A program made the translations under genes and the position numbers. Source: Candidatus Latescibacterota bacterium (GTDB lineage: Bacteria; Latescibacterota; UBA2968; UBA8231). Taken from it: a stretch of DNA of 64,000 nucleotides. Every line of letters starts with the position of its first letter. Positions within the stretch are counted from its first letter, which is position 1. Location: positions 1,920,001 through 1,984,000 of the forward strand of contig CBDFJF010000001.1 in assembly GCA_965248265.1 (NCBI GenBank). Direction: 5' to 3'. The notes beneath the pieces were generated by a model. That model made no database searches and was not told the DNA's origin. It saw nothing but the letters and a program-made list of their open reading frames with translations. This document shows positions 29,230 through 38,743 of the stretch, in pieces.

Positions 29230-30191
29230 GCCGGTTTTCTCAATATCATTCTCATATTCGATGTGTAACCCAACTTCGCGGTAAAGAGATCTACGCCCGT
29301 AAATGCGACCAAAGCCAACGGATTTTTTATGGTAAACAACCTGTAGGCCTTAGTCCGCGGCGCCCTCTCGAGAAGCCAATGGTGAAAACTCTGAATCCAA
29401 AAACTCGGACTTGGCAAGAATTGAACGGCGTTAACCGCAAAGCCGCACGTGGTGAACAACCGGGCAAGCGAATTCTCGGTAAAAACTGTCCAGTGGCGAG
29501 GAAAGTGCCATCCACCCCAATACCGACGTCCGAAAAGGCGAAAATCCGCTCCTTTTAAACAAGGAGTTTCTATAATGAGGACCTTCCCGGGTTTCAGCAA
29601 CTCGTAGGCTTTTGCAGCGACCCCTTTCACGGCATCTAAATGCTCTATGACCTGGTTCATAATGAGTGCGTCGAAGTGGCCAGCGGGAAGTTCCAAGTCC
29701 TCCAAGCGACCGACGGCCAGTGATATGCCCATTGGTTCGAGATGGGCGACGATCGCCTTATCCATATCGTTGGCCCACAAGTCGTACGAATTCCGGCCTT
29801 TCTTCTGCAACAGCATCAATAGATTACCCGACCCACATCCAATGTCCATGACTCGGTCTCCCTCCGTCAGATACTTTTCCAAAGTCCTAACCTTACGCAA
29901 CTGGACGGCCTCCCGTCCAAAACGTATGAAGGGGTTTTTCATCTTTTGAAAATTAAAAGGGTTGTATTCGGGGGGGTATATGCGGGAAAGCTCGTCTATA
30001 ACTGGACGAGGAGACAGATAGGCCAAGTCGCATTGACGACAGACTCTTATCTTGAACTCGTCAGTACTCGTACAATACTCGAAATCCCACCCACTTGCCA
30101 TTTCCTCCTGGCGCATGACACCGCAACCAGGACACGGCACGTCTTCCGTTTTGACATGGAGTTGGGCGTCGATACTGCTCGTCTCTGTCAT
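29226..30191 (-). CDS. Class I SAM methyltransferase with N-terminal CxxC..CxxC zinc site
   Basis: CPGCG...CRQCD, MDIGCGSG, VIEHL, LKPG, HFPRH. Confidence 0.88.
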   Translation of the reverse strand: MTETSSIDAQLHVKTEDVPCPGCGVMRQEEMASGWDFEYCTSTDEFKIRVCRQCDLAYLSPRPVIDELSRIYPPEYNPFNFQKMKNPFIRFGREAVQLRKVRTLEKYLTEGDRVMDIGCGSGNLLMLLQKKGRNSYDLWANDMDKAIVAHLEPMGISLAVGRLEDLELPAGHFDALIMNQVIEHLDAVKGVAAKAYELLKPGKVLIIETPCLKGADFRLFGRRYWGGWHFPRHWTVFTENSLARLFTTCGFAVNAVQFLPSPSFWIQSFHHWLLERAPRTKAYRLFTIKNPLALVAFTGVDLFTAKLGYTSNMRMILRKPA

Positions 30192-30772
30192 GTCTTTTGG
30201 AGGATTGCCAATTGGTTCTGCCCTAATAAGAACCTGGAAAACGAGACCATATTGAGTGTAGTCTGTTGCGCGCAGACTTTTATGGCGTCTCGCCCTAAGA
30301 GGTCGTAATGTTGATCCTTGTCTTGGGCAAAAATCCTCAACTTTGAACCAAACTCCAAGATACTGTCTGTCCAGGGAGCCGGCGTAGTCAGGACGATTTT
30401 TCCTCCCCCTTCCAGCAGAGTGGCTACTGCTTGCAGCACGCGATGGGGAAATTCGAAGTGTTCAATGACCGCCAACATGACGACAAGATCGAATTTTCCC
30501 GGCAAAGAAGTGACTTTATCCTCGGCAAAATCAAAGACTCTGAACTCCATATTCCCCCTGGGGACGTTCCTGTCGACCAGTTCGGAATCGCGGTCCAACC
30601 CCAGATAATACTGCTCGGGCTTCAAACGGTCCTCCCATAGGGAAATGCCACAACCTATGTCGAGAATGCGTGTAGCTCTATCAAAAAAGGCGGTCGCTTG
30701 GCGCTTGCGTGCATTTCTGAGGAAAGAGGAAAAGAGGCCGTCTAATCTTCCTGAATGATCAGGGGTTGACAT
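30188..30772 (-). CDS. Class I SAM methyltransferase
   Basis: ILDIGCG, FDLVVMLAVIEH, GKIVLTTP. Confidence 0.85.
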   Translation of the reverse strand: MSTPDHSGRLDGLFSSFLRNARKRQATAFFDRATRILDIGCGISLWEDRLKPEQYYLGLDRDSELVDRNVPRGNMEFRVFDFAEDKVTSLPGKFDLVVMLAVIEHFEFPHRVLQAVATLLEGGGKIVLTTPAPWTDSILEFGSKLRIFAQDKDQHYDLLGRDAIKVCAQQTTLNMVSFSRFLLGQNQLAILQKT

Positions 30773-30877
30773 ATCTGTTTTCAACGGGAAATTTTCGGTA
30801 TAGTCGAACGGTCTAAAAAGGATGCCGGAAGCCGAGGCCCTCACGATGGAATAATAGGTTGATCAATTTACGGTCGC

Positions 30878-32938
30878 TCATCCGTCTGCCTCCCAACCAC
30901 GGTAATCTGGAACGTAGCGCTTGAGCAGCTCTCGGATGAGAACCCGATCGCCCGCTTTGGCTGCAGCCCTCAGCTCCTCTACTGCCTGGTCCCAACCGGT
31001 GAGACAGCTCGTTCGTCCTGCGCAAACGGCGATCTTGCCGTGGTGGCGAAGGGCCTTCACTTGCTCATCTGTCACCAGCTCTTCTGAGAGCTTCTCACCG
31101 GGCCGAATCCCGGTGAACTCGATCTTGATGTCTCTGTATGGCTCCAGGCCTGCCAGCCGAATCATGTTCTCCGCCAGATCCAGAATGCGCACAGGATCGC
31201 CCATGTCGAGGATACACAACTCGCCGTTCTGCCCGACGGCGGCGCTGTGGAGAACCAGGCGTACCGCTTCGGGAATGGTCATCAGATAGCGGTACATTTC
31301 TGGATGGGTTACGGTTACTGGCCCTCCTTGGCGTATCTGGCGCTCGAATATCGGCACCACACTGCCTCGGCTACCCAGCACATTCCCGAAACGCACCGTC
31401 ACAAACCGGGTATTCTCACTCTTTGCCGCGAGCCGCTGTATCTCAGTCTCAGCCAGGCGCTTGGTCGCTCCCATGACGCTCGTAGGCCGAACAGCCTTGT
31501 CAGTCGAGATCAGTACGAAGCGCTCAACACCGTGACGCAGAGCGCTCCGTGCCATGGAACACGTACCTAGAAAGATTGCCGATACGGCCTCGTCCGGATC
31601 CTGTTCCATGAAAGGCACATGTTTGTGCGCCGCGGCGTGAAACACAATGTGGGGCCGCGACTCAGCCATCACCCTGTCTACTTTCCCCTCGTTTCGTATG
31701 TCACCGATGATCGCCTTCAGCTGTAGTTGGGGATGCAAGCTGGACAAATTCTGAATGGTGCTATGAATGCTGGCCTCTCCCTTCCCCAACATCACAAGGC
31801 ATTGCGGTGAGAATGCCGCAATCTGCCGGCAGAGCTCCGAACCGATCGAGCCCCCTGCGCCGCTCACGAGGACCACCTTGTCCCGCAAATACCCCTCTAT
31901 CTCTACGGGATTGAGCTGCACTTCCTGTCTCCCAAGAAGGTCCGTACCGCTCACTGAAGGCAGATCCGACACATCCACGCGGCCACTGAGATAAGCCGAC
32001 AGTTTCGGGAGCTTACGAACAGCCACTGCTTTGGTCCGACAGAGCGTGACGACCTCACTGAGCCGGCCCTCGTCCAGTTCATCCACGGCAATCAACACTT
32101 CTTGGATGGCGTGTTCCGAGAGTATGTCAGCCAGCTTCTCTCGGCCGCCGAATACTCTGAGGCCATGAATTCTGCTGTAGCGCTTTGCGGGGTCGTCGTC
32201 GAGGAATCCCACTACCTGATAGACTTCCGGGCTCCTCATGAGCGCGCGGGCGACGCTCTCCCCAAAATCACCTGCACCGTAGATCGCTACCCTGCGTCCT
32301 CCTGCCTGACGCTGGCCGCGAAGGTCATGAGACAGACGTGGGGCGAGCCTCACGAAAGAGATCGCCAGGAAGGCCAGAATCCCCTCCAGCAATACCACTG
32401 ATCTCGGAATGCCGAGGTCGTACGACTCCGACTCGAAATCGAGGGCAGCTCCAATCGGGGTTTCGCCCAGGGTTCGAGGGGTCTGCTCCGACCGGGTAAA
32501 CAGCAGTACGCTGACAAGGACAGCTGCGCCCGCAACTGATGTTATGACCGACAGTGCAAGTCGCTTCACTCTCGAGAGCCTCAGTTTGTCGAGGGAGATC
32601 CGGTGCAGGACCGCAGCAAGAAAGAACCCGGAAGCCGCAAGGAGGGCCCAGTCATGATTCTTCAGATAGTCGACGCTGATCAGGGCGACAGAGCCAAAGG
32701 CAACACCGCGAATGACAGAGAAAAGATCGTTAATCCCGCAATACCGCCAGAAGGATTGGTACCCACCAAAAAAGTAGAGAGAGGCAATCCTCAACAGGAC
32801 GATGACCGGTAACAACTTTATCAGCTGAGTCTGGTAATAGGGCCACACATCGAAGTCGAAGCGGATCAAGTAGGCCAGCCACGCTGCCCCCGCTACGGTA
32901 GCGCCGTCGACGATGACGATTGCTGCCCGTCTCAACAC
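30878..32938 (-). CDS. capD: CapD/PglF/WbpM-type UDP-GlcNAc 4,6-dehydratase
   Basis: N-terminal TMs, GAGGSIGSEL, HAAAHKHVP, STDKAV, MGATKR, VRFGNVLGSRGSV, RPGEKL. Confidence 0.92.
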   Translation of the reverse strand: MLRRAAIVIVDGATVAGAAWLAYLIRFDFDVWPYYQTQLIKLLPVIVLLRIASLYFFGGYQSFWRYCGINDLFSVIRGVAFGSVALISVDYLKNHDWALLAASGFFLAAVLHRISLDKLRLSRVKRLALSVITSVAGAAVLVSVLLFTRSEQTPRTLGETPIGAALDFESESYDLGIPRSVVLLEGILAFLAISFVRLAPRLSHDLRGQRQAGGRRVAIYGAGDFGESVARALMRSPEVYQVVGFLDDDPAKRYSRIHGLRVFGGREKLADILSEHAIQEVLIAVDELDEGRLSEVVTLCRTKAVAVRKLPKLSAYLSGRVDVSDLPSVSGTDLLGRQEVQLNPVEIEGYLRDKVVLVSGAGGSIGSELCRQIAAFSPQCLVMLGKGEASIHSTIQNLSSLHPQLQLKAIIGDIRNEGKVDRVMAESRPHIVFHAAAHKHVPFMEQDPDEAVSAIFLGTCSMARSALRHGVERFVLISTDKAVRPTSVMGATKRLAETEIQRLAAKSENTRFVTVRFGNVLGSRGSVVPIFERQIRQGGPVTVTHPEMYRYLMTIPEAVRLVLHSAAVGQNGELCILDMGDPVRILDLAENMIRLAGLEPYRDIKIEFTGIRPGEKLSEELVTDEQVKALRHHGKIAVCAGRTSCLTGWDQAVEELRAAAKAGDRVLIRELLKRYVPDYRGWEADG

Positions 32939-33876
32939 GGGTCGCTCACCCTTCCATCGGATCGCTCATCGTTGGGGGTCCCTTTGGAGGCCGATATTCT
33001 GCGAATCAACGGCGCGATACCTTCCTCGAAAGAACGTGGTGAGAACCCGAAGTCCGCCGTCGCCTCCCGGTAGTCAAACTGCTTGTCTTCATTGAGGCGA
33101 CGTACCTGTTCCACCGACAGTCGCGGATTTCGCGACAACAGGCCATAGACTTTCAATCCGGCAACACATGCTCCCAAAGGAAGATGCAGCCGAATAATCT
33201 TCTTATTCAAATGATTACCGATCGTATCAATCATCGAGTTATAAGAGATTGGCTCTTTGCCAGGGACTGCGTAGCTCTTTCCGCGAGTTCGATCCGACTG
33301 GAGAACGTCGGCCACAGCTCCTGCCAGATCCGCCACGTGAACGGGTTGCTGAAGCGATTGGCCATCGCCCGGGATGGGGATCAAGGGACATCGGTGGAGA
33401 AATGAGACCAATCTCGAAATATTGCGATCTCGAGTTGTCCCATAGATCATGGTCGGTCTGAGAATCGTGGAGGCGAGGCCGCTGGCGGCAATAGCCTCCT
33501 CCGCAGCGACCCGCACTGATTTGCTGCTCGCATCGATAGAGGTGAAGATGGCTGTGGTTGACAGAAATACGGCTCGGCTGACACGCGCTTGCACACAGGC
33601 TCTCACGATGCCCGGTCCATGCCCGAAACCCAAGGAAGCGACATTTACCAGAAGCTGGCAACCGCGGAGAGCCGCCGTAACTGTGCTCTCGTCGTCAAGA
33701 TTCCCGTAGCGCAAGCTCACGCGGTCTTCTGGTAAGATGCTGCTATCGCTCGTCGGGCGTACAAGACATGCAACATCGTACGTGCCCCGCTTCAAGAGTT
33801 CTTTGACAACGAACGACCCGAGGAATCCCGTGGCTCCTGTAACAAGGACTGTACCCCCTGTGCTAGGTAACATCAA
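32932..33876 (-). CDS. NAD-dependent epimerase/dehydratase (SDR)
   Basis: VTGATGFLG, ASLGFGH, LRPTMIYG, QPVHVADLA. Confidence 0.88.
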   Translation of the reverse strand: MMLPSTGGTVLVTGATGFLGSFVVKELLKRGTYDVACLVRPTSDSSILPEDRVSLRYGNLDDESTVTAALRGCQLLVNVASLGFGHGPGIVRACVQARVSRAVFLSTTAIFTSIDASSKSVRVAAEEAIAASGLASTILRPTMIYGTTRDRNISRLVSFLHRCPLIPIPGDGQSLQQPVHVADLAGAVADVLQSDRTRGKSYAVPGKEPISYNSMIDTIGNHLNKKIIRLHLPLGACVAGLKVYGLLSRNPRLSVEQVRRLNEDKQFDYREATADFGFSPRSFEEGIAPLIRRISASKGTPNDERSDGRVSDPC

Positions 33877-34080
33877 ACGGCTCGATGCTCGATCCGCCTA
33901 GCCGGGTCATCAGTCGGTTTGATCGTCGAAGACGTAGTGGCAATAGATACATCTGAGAAAAGAGCCTTTGGCCTTCGGACAAAACGCTTCCAGAGCCGAC
34001 AGCACAACTTTTCGGGTCGAGATTCTGGCAGCATCTCTAACACGCCGTGAGACCGGCACGGCCCCCGCCAATGGGTGACA
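33873..34080 (-). pseudogene. Collapsed relic, N-terminal part resembling a polysaccharide deacetylase
   Basis: My translation gives RVRDAARISTRKVVLSAL...SFLRCIYCHYVFDDQ* (FLRCIYCHYVFDDQ at 33919-33960), then a short tail ending on the next start (TTGA). Confidence 0.45.
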
Positions 34081-34132
34081 TAAGGTTCGTCAGACACTCA
34101 ATGCTCGGTGCAATTTGTCGTAGACGAAAGGC

Positions 34133-36136
34133 CTATCTTGCCTCGGCGGGATCTGCAAAGACCTCTGTAAATTCAGCAAGTCGATCATTGTGGTCATCGA
34201 ACAGGAAGAGTTCCAACCACTGGCGCACGGCCTCCGGTTGACTTTCTACCTCGTGCAGCATGTCTCCGAGATCGAACATGTTCAGCCGAATGCGATTGTC
34301 TATATGGGCTTTCACAAGCGGCGCTGCCGCAGTAACCACTGCTCCAGACAGTGTGGCTGATGTTTGTAGGAAAACGGCCAGATCAATCCGAGTGGCAAAG
34401 TCCTTGTCAGCAGCCTGCAGCACGAAAACCACTCGACCGTCGCTCAGCGCCGGTGCAACCCAATGATCGAACTCTCCCTCGGCCATATAGATCCAGACTT
34501 GATCCCCGTCGTGATACACCAACTCGATGTGCCCAACTATTCCTGACGGATCTACCACTCGAAATCCGTTGCCCTCCTTCTCGACGCGATACTCGGGAGC
34601 AAACCCGAACATACTCCAGAGCTCGGCAATGACCATCGGGTGTTTCAGCGCTCGCTTCCAGGTGTCCATACGACATTCGACAAGCGCCTCCATGTCATGT
34701 CGCAGGTGGGAATCTTCGATGACCGACACGGCTTCGTCCGGGATACTTTCGATTCCAGCGGCACTGAGGATCTCATCGACTGTCTTGGCGACCTGCCTGT
34801 AGCCCTCGTCCGAGTTTCCCGCCGCATCAATCGCCGATCCGGTACCGATCGATATCACACCTGAAGTCCCCGAAGCCTCGAAAGTACTCTCTATGGCAGC
34901 TACTACTGATGGGAGGAGGTCATCTGCGGTTAGCCGGTGACCTGTCTCATTCATATGAGCGTCCAGCACGAAATAGGGACTAACCCCTGCCATCACCGAG
35001 CGTTCGAAAGTGGGTAACACGTCCACCACCTGAATATCCCTCATCTCGCAGAACTCCGTGACGAGCTTGTTGGCTTTTGAGAGGTCAAGTTCCTGTGGAT
35101 CTATATTGTGTCGCCAAACGACCTTGTTCACAGCAGCTTGTTCAACCTGTAACCGCTGTGGCAGTAGCACTACGATAAGACGAGTTCCACGTGCACTCAG
35201 AAATCGATGAATCTGATCGAGAATTTCGGCGGCATGTTGAAAATCTGCCAGGAATTCAGTCGATGGCGTCTTTAAGTACTTCTGCATGAACATTGGCGGC
35301 TCTTCATGCTGGTTGCTCGAGAGATACTCGTGGCGATCGCGCTCGACGCTGGCCGCCCTTTGCTCAACCAACGACTGTTCGCCTGAGATACCAAATCTGT
35401 GCAGCAGCGATCTCAGGCTGAGAGGCCTTTTTGCCCGATCCACAACAAGATTGTAAAGGTGGCTACGTCTTCCCAGAAAAACCTTGGCGTGCATAAAAAG
35501 AGAGAGGTCATCGCTGTTGGAAACCGACGCGCTAGTATCGCCCTTGCTCACCAGGAAGCCGCGCCACACAGTTCTCTTTCCAAGTCGGCGCGCAAAGTCA
35601 TTTCCAAAAAAAAATCCGACGACTACCAGATCAGGTTGGTATGTGCTGTGGTGTTCCGTAAGGAGATCGTGGTAGTGATCAATATCGTATCCGCCGACCC
35701 CTGCGTTCACCACCTCGATCTCTCCCCCGGCGCCGCCGTAACGGGAGTTCAACAGATCCTCCAAAACCTCTGGATAGGCGGCTTCAGCCGGACAACCATG
35801 ACCGAAAGTGAAAGAGTCACCGATTACTAGTATCTTCGCTCTGCTCGAGTCCCTGGCGCTGTATTCCCGATCTCTGAAGCCGGCGCTATTCGTCCGAATT
35901 TCCACGTTGAATTCGGGCGACCTGTGGAACCCGCTGAAATTGGGCGTCAGTTCGTAGTCGCGGTCTGGATGGACTTGGAAAAGGCCCTGCGGAAAACCGT
36001 ACGGAGGATGCGGGAGCCAAAGCCTCACCACACCCTCGGCTGCTATGATGCCAACAGCGAGTCCAACGAACATGAGGAGGATCTTCGTTCCGTCCTGTTT
36101 TCGACCATCGTTGTCTTTTGCCGGGACTGTTCCCAT
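34133..36136 (-). CDS. SGNH/GDSL (AlgX/AlgJ-like) protein fused to an unrelated C-terminal domain
   Basis: TM anchor, TNSAGFRD, IGDSFTFG, NAGVGGY, FFGND, DAHMNETGH, followed by about 240 extra residues. Confidence 0.8.
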   Translation of the reverse strand: MGTVPAKDNDGRKQDGTKILLMFVGLAVGIIAAEGVVRLWLPHPPYGFPQGLFQVHPDRDYELTPNFSGFHRSPEFNVEIRTNSAGFRDREYSARDSSRAKILVIGDSFTFGHGCPAEAAYPEVLEDLLNSRYGGAGGEIEVVNAGVGGYDIDHYHDLLTEHHSTYQPDLVVVGFFFGNDFARRLGKRTVWRGFLVSKGDTSASVSNSDDLSLFMHAKVFLGRRSHLYNLVVDRAKRPLSLRSLLHRFGISGEQSLVEQRAASVERDRHEYLSSNQHEEPPMFMQKYLKTPSTEFLADFQHAAEILDQIHRFLSARGTRLIVVLLPQRLQVEQAAVNKVVWRHNIDPQELDLSKANKLVTEFCEMRDIQVVDVLPTFERSVMAGVSPYFVLDAHMNETGHRLTADDLLPSVVAAIESTFEASGTSGVISIGTGSAIDAAGNSDEGYRQVAKTVDEILSAAGIESIPDEAVSVIEDSHLRHDMEALVECRMDTWKRALKHPMVIAELWSMFGFAPEYRVEKEGNGFRVVDPSGIVGHIELVYHDGDQVWIYMAEGEFDHWVAPALSDGRVVFVLQAADKDFATRIDLAVFLQTSATLSGAVVTAAAPLVKAHIDNRIRLNMFDLGDMLHEVESQPEAVRQWLELFLFDDHNDRLAEFTEVFADPAEAR

Positions 36137-36220
36137 GCTACCGATGGTCAACCTGCGCCGGAAAGACCGAGCACACTCGCGAATACGTCTACAAGACATC
36201 TTTTGGAGGTCTTGCCATCG

Positions 36221-36403
36221 TTAGCCGCTCAGGTCACGTGGCTGTATGATGTCTCCCTCTACGATTTCGGCTCCGCATGCCTCTAGGTCCGATGCGCGTC
36301 TGCGATCTCGAGTGATGACTACCACCGCGTCCCCACGATCCAGGAGGCGCTGCACCTCGCGTCTACCTAGAAAACCCGAACCTCCAGTTACAACTGCACG
36401 CAC
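36221..36403 (-). pseudogene. 5' fragment of an NAD-dependent epimerase
   Basis: MRAVVTGGSGFLG...EIVEGDI stops after 60 aa. Confidence 0.78.
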
Positions 36404-37515
36404 CGTTCCACCACGCTCTGCAGGACCCGATCGAACTCAGATGCCATGAAACCGATGGAGAACCTCTTCCGCACACGACTCATTCCTGCCGCTCGAAGTT
36501 GTCTCCAGGTCTGAGGTGAACTGCACACCTCCTCGATCCGCCGCGCCAGCACCCGTGGCTCACCTGGAGGAACCAGAACCCCGGACACACCATCCTCAAC
36601 GACCTCCGGCAGTCCGCCCACAGCGCTCGCAACGATGGGCACCCCAGCAGCCATGCCTTCGACTGTGACGATCCCGAAAGATTCGCTCAGAGAGGGTACG
36701 ACTAAGATGTCGGAGTGCGAAAGTGCCTCTCTGACTTCCCGGTGGTGGAGGAATCCGCGAAACACGACTCGATCCTCTAATCCCAACGCTCGCACCAGGG
36801 ATTTCGCCTCTGGCAACAGTACCCCATCTCCGATGAAATCAATGCTGTACCCTGCAGGAAGAGATGTCATTGCCTCTATTGCCACATGCTGCCCCTTCAC
36901 CTCGGAATAGAAGTTCGCAATACAGCCGATCTTGACCTCATCCTTGGGCGGAAGGTCGCCTCTGCATGGGCCATCGATCTCGGCGCCATTGGGGATGATC
37001 GCAAGCTTTTCTAGAGGCGCCAGTCGGCGCGAAACAAGCTTTCCCCCTAGATCCCGTGAAGGAGCGATGACCTTTGCGGCCCTGCGAAAGGTCTGCCGCT
37101 GTACGAGTATGCGCCAAAACTTGAAAGTTGCTACCGGGCCATAGACACAGGGAATCCAGGGTATGTGCCGGCGCCCAGCAGCATGCCAGCCTAGCAGATT
37201 ACTTGCAAAATCGAACGAGGCGATCACATCCGGACGGTAATCATCTACCACCTGACGGAACAACCGCAGCGCCTGCAAGTCGAGCCGCCCGCGGCTCTTC
37301 AAGAAAATCAGCTCGTCCGCGCACGCGATTGACGAGGCGGCGAGCTCTTCTTCCGCCTGATCGTATATTACAACCACCGCGAAGCGCGTGCCTTCAGGCC
37401 GATGACGCAGGACACTGTCGAGGACGCGGGGGGGGCCCCCTAGATAGGTGCTCACAATGGCGAGCACCCGCGTATCTACGTTACCGGCGGCCATGGTTTC
37501 AGCGGCCTGAACCAC
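36388..37515 (-). CDS. GT4 glycosyltransferase
   Basis: IIPNG, KGQ, PSLSESFGIVTVEGMAAGVPIVASAVGG. Confidence 0.9.
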   Translation of the reverse strand: MVQAAETMAAGNVDTRVLAIVSTYLGGPPRVLDSVLRHRPEGTRFAVVVIYDQAEEELAASSIACADELIFLKSRGRLDLQALRLFRQVVDDYRPDVIASFDFASNLLGWHAAGRRHIPWIPCVYGPVATFKFWRILVQRQTFRRAAKVIAPSRDLGGKLVSRRLAPLEKLAIIPNGAEIDGPCRGDLPPKDEVKIGCIANFYSEVKGQHVAIEAMTSLPAGYSIDFIGDGVLLPEAKSLVRALGLEDRVVFRGFLHHREVREALSHSDILVVPSLSESFGIVTVEGMAAGVPIVASAVGGLPEVVEDGVSGVLVPPGEPRVLARRIEEVCSSPQTWRQLRAAGMSRVRKRFSIGFMASEFDRVLQSVVERCVQL

Positions 37516-38743
37516 CTTCGTCGCCCGTCATCGATTTCAGGAGATTGAGGTAGCCGTGCGCGAGCTTGCTGCGGTCGTACTCTCTCTCTACGAAACGACG
37601 ACCAACCTCCCCTAGGCGCCGTCGAAGGTCTGCATCTCCTCGCAGACGACGCACTGCGGCCGACATTTCAACAGCATCCTCCGGAGCTACAACGAGGGCA
37701 CATCCTGCACGCCTTAGGATTTCGGCTGCCTCCCCGCGTACCGCGCCTACGATCGGTCGTCCCGCAGCCATGATCTCGAACATTTTTGATGGAATGAACG
37801 TATCGAAGAGATCGACGTTTCTGAGAGGAACAAGGCAGAGGCTGCTGGCAGCGTATATCTGAGGGACATTTTCGCGGGATTGCCCTGACAGGAATGTAAC
37901 ATTCTCCAATTCGAGCTTCTCTGCGTATGCTTGCGTCGACTCCTTCTCCGTACCCTCTCCCACGAAGAGAAAGTGTACATCGTCGCCACGCATCAAAGCA
38001 GCACACTCGATGACAGTATCCAATCCATGTGAGATTCCGTGGGCGCCGAGGTAGAGTACTACGAACTTGCTCCACAGATCGTTCTCCTCAATGAACTGAA
38101 CTCTCATAGATTCGGAACATGTGAAGAAATCAACGTCCGCTCCGTTTGTTATGACATCGATCTTGCCTGCTGGCACCCCACGCTGTGCAAGGACCGTGCG
38201 GAACCCTTCGGTGACCGTCACAATTTTCTTCGCTCGTGAGTACAGAAATAATTCGAGTCGCTCGAGGGCCCTCAGGATGTGGCGATTGCGCACCACGCCC
38301 AATTGGGCGAAGATCGCCGGCCACAGATCACGGACTTCAAAGACGTAGGGAACCCCCTTGACCAGGCTGATGATGTAGGCGGAGATGACCGAGAACAGAG
38401 TCGGAGAGCTGACAACCACGATATCGGCGTGACCGACTCTCGGAAGCGTCATCAATAGCGAGCTAGCCGTGAAGGAAAGGTGGTTGAACGTCCTGCCGAA
38501 GATCCCCGAGTTCGGTCGCGCATACACATAACTCCGAAAAACTTCGATGTCCTCGATGATCTCTTTTCCGAAAAGCTTCCATCTATACTCTGCGGAGATG
38601 ACGCCAGTGGGGTGATTCGGAAACCCGGTTATCACCTTCACGCTGTGGCCGCTTTTCGTCCACTCTCGCGCCATCTCGAGGACACGAGCTGATGGAGCCC
38701 CGATTTCAGGATGAAAGAAGTGACAGACAAAGACAATCTTCAT
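37499..38743 (-). CDS. GT4 glycosyltransferase (WbuB-like)
   Basis: FFHPEIGAPSAR, TGFPNHP, FEVRDLWP, IPSKMFEIMA; ATG 38743 overlaps the upstream stop. Confidence 0.92.
   Translation of the reverse strand: MKIVFVCHFFHPEIGAPSARVLEMAREWTKSGHSVKVITGFPNHPTGVISAEYRWKLFGKEIIEDIEVFRSYVYARPNSGIFGRTFNHLSFTASSLLMTLPRVGHADIVVVSSPTLFSVISAYIISLVKGVPYVFEVRDLWPAIFAQLGVVRNRHILRALERLELFLYSRAKKIVTVTEGFRTVLAQRGVPAGKIDVITNGADVDFFTCSESMRVQFIEENDLWSKFVVLYLGAHGISHGLDTVIECAALMRGDDVHFLFVGEGTEKESTQAYAEKLELENVTFLSGQSRENVPQIYAASSLCLVPLRNVDLFDTFIPSKMFEIMAAGRPIVGAVRGEAAEILRRAGCALVVAPEDAVEMSAAVRRLRGDADLRRRLGEVGRRFVEREYDRSKLAHGYLNLLKSMTGDEGGSGR

Noticed and set aside
23874-32971. Recurring GATGAGCGRYC motif near gene ends (23874, 24941, 30871, 32959) as a recombination site
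   Set aside because: Largely explained by ATGA stop/start overlap followed by a Ser codon, and two of the hits belong to the 49-bp repeat. It is short, has no consistent palindrome, and no recombinase is nearby.
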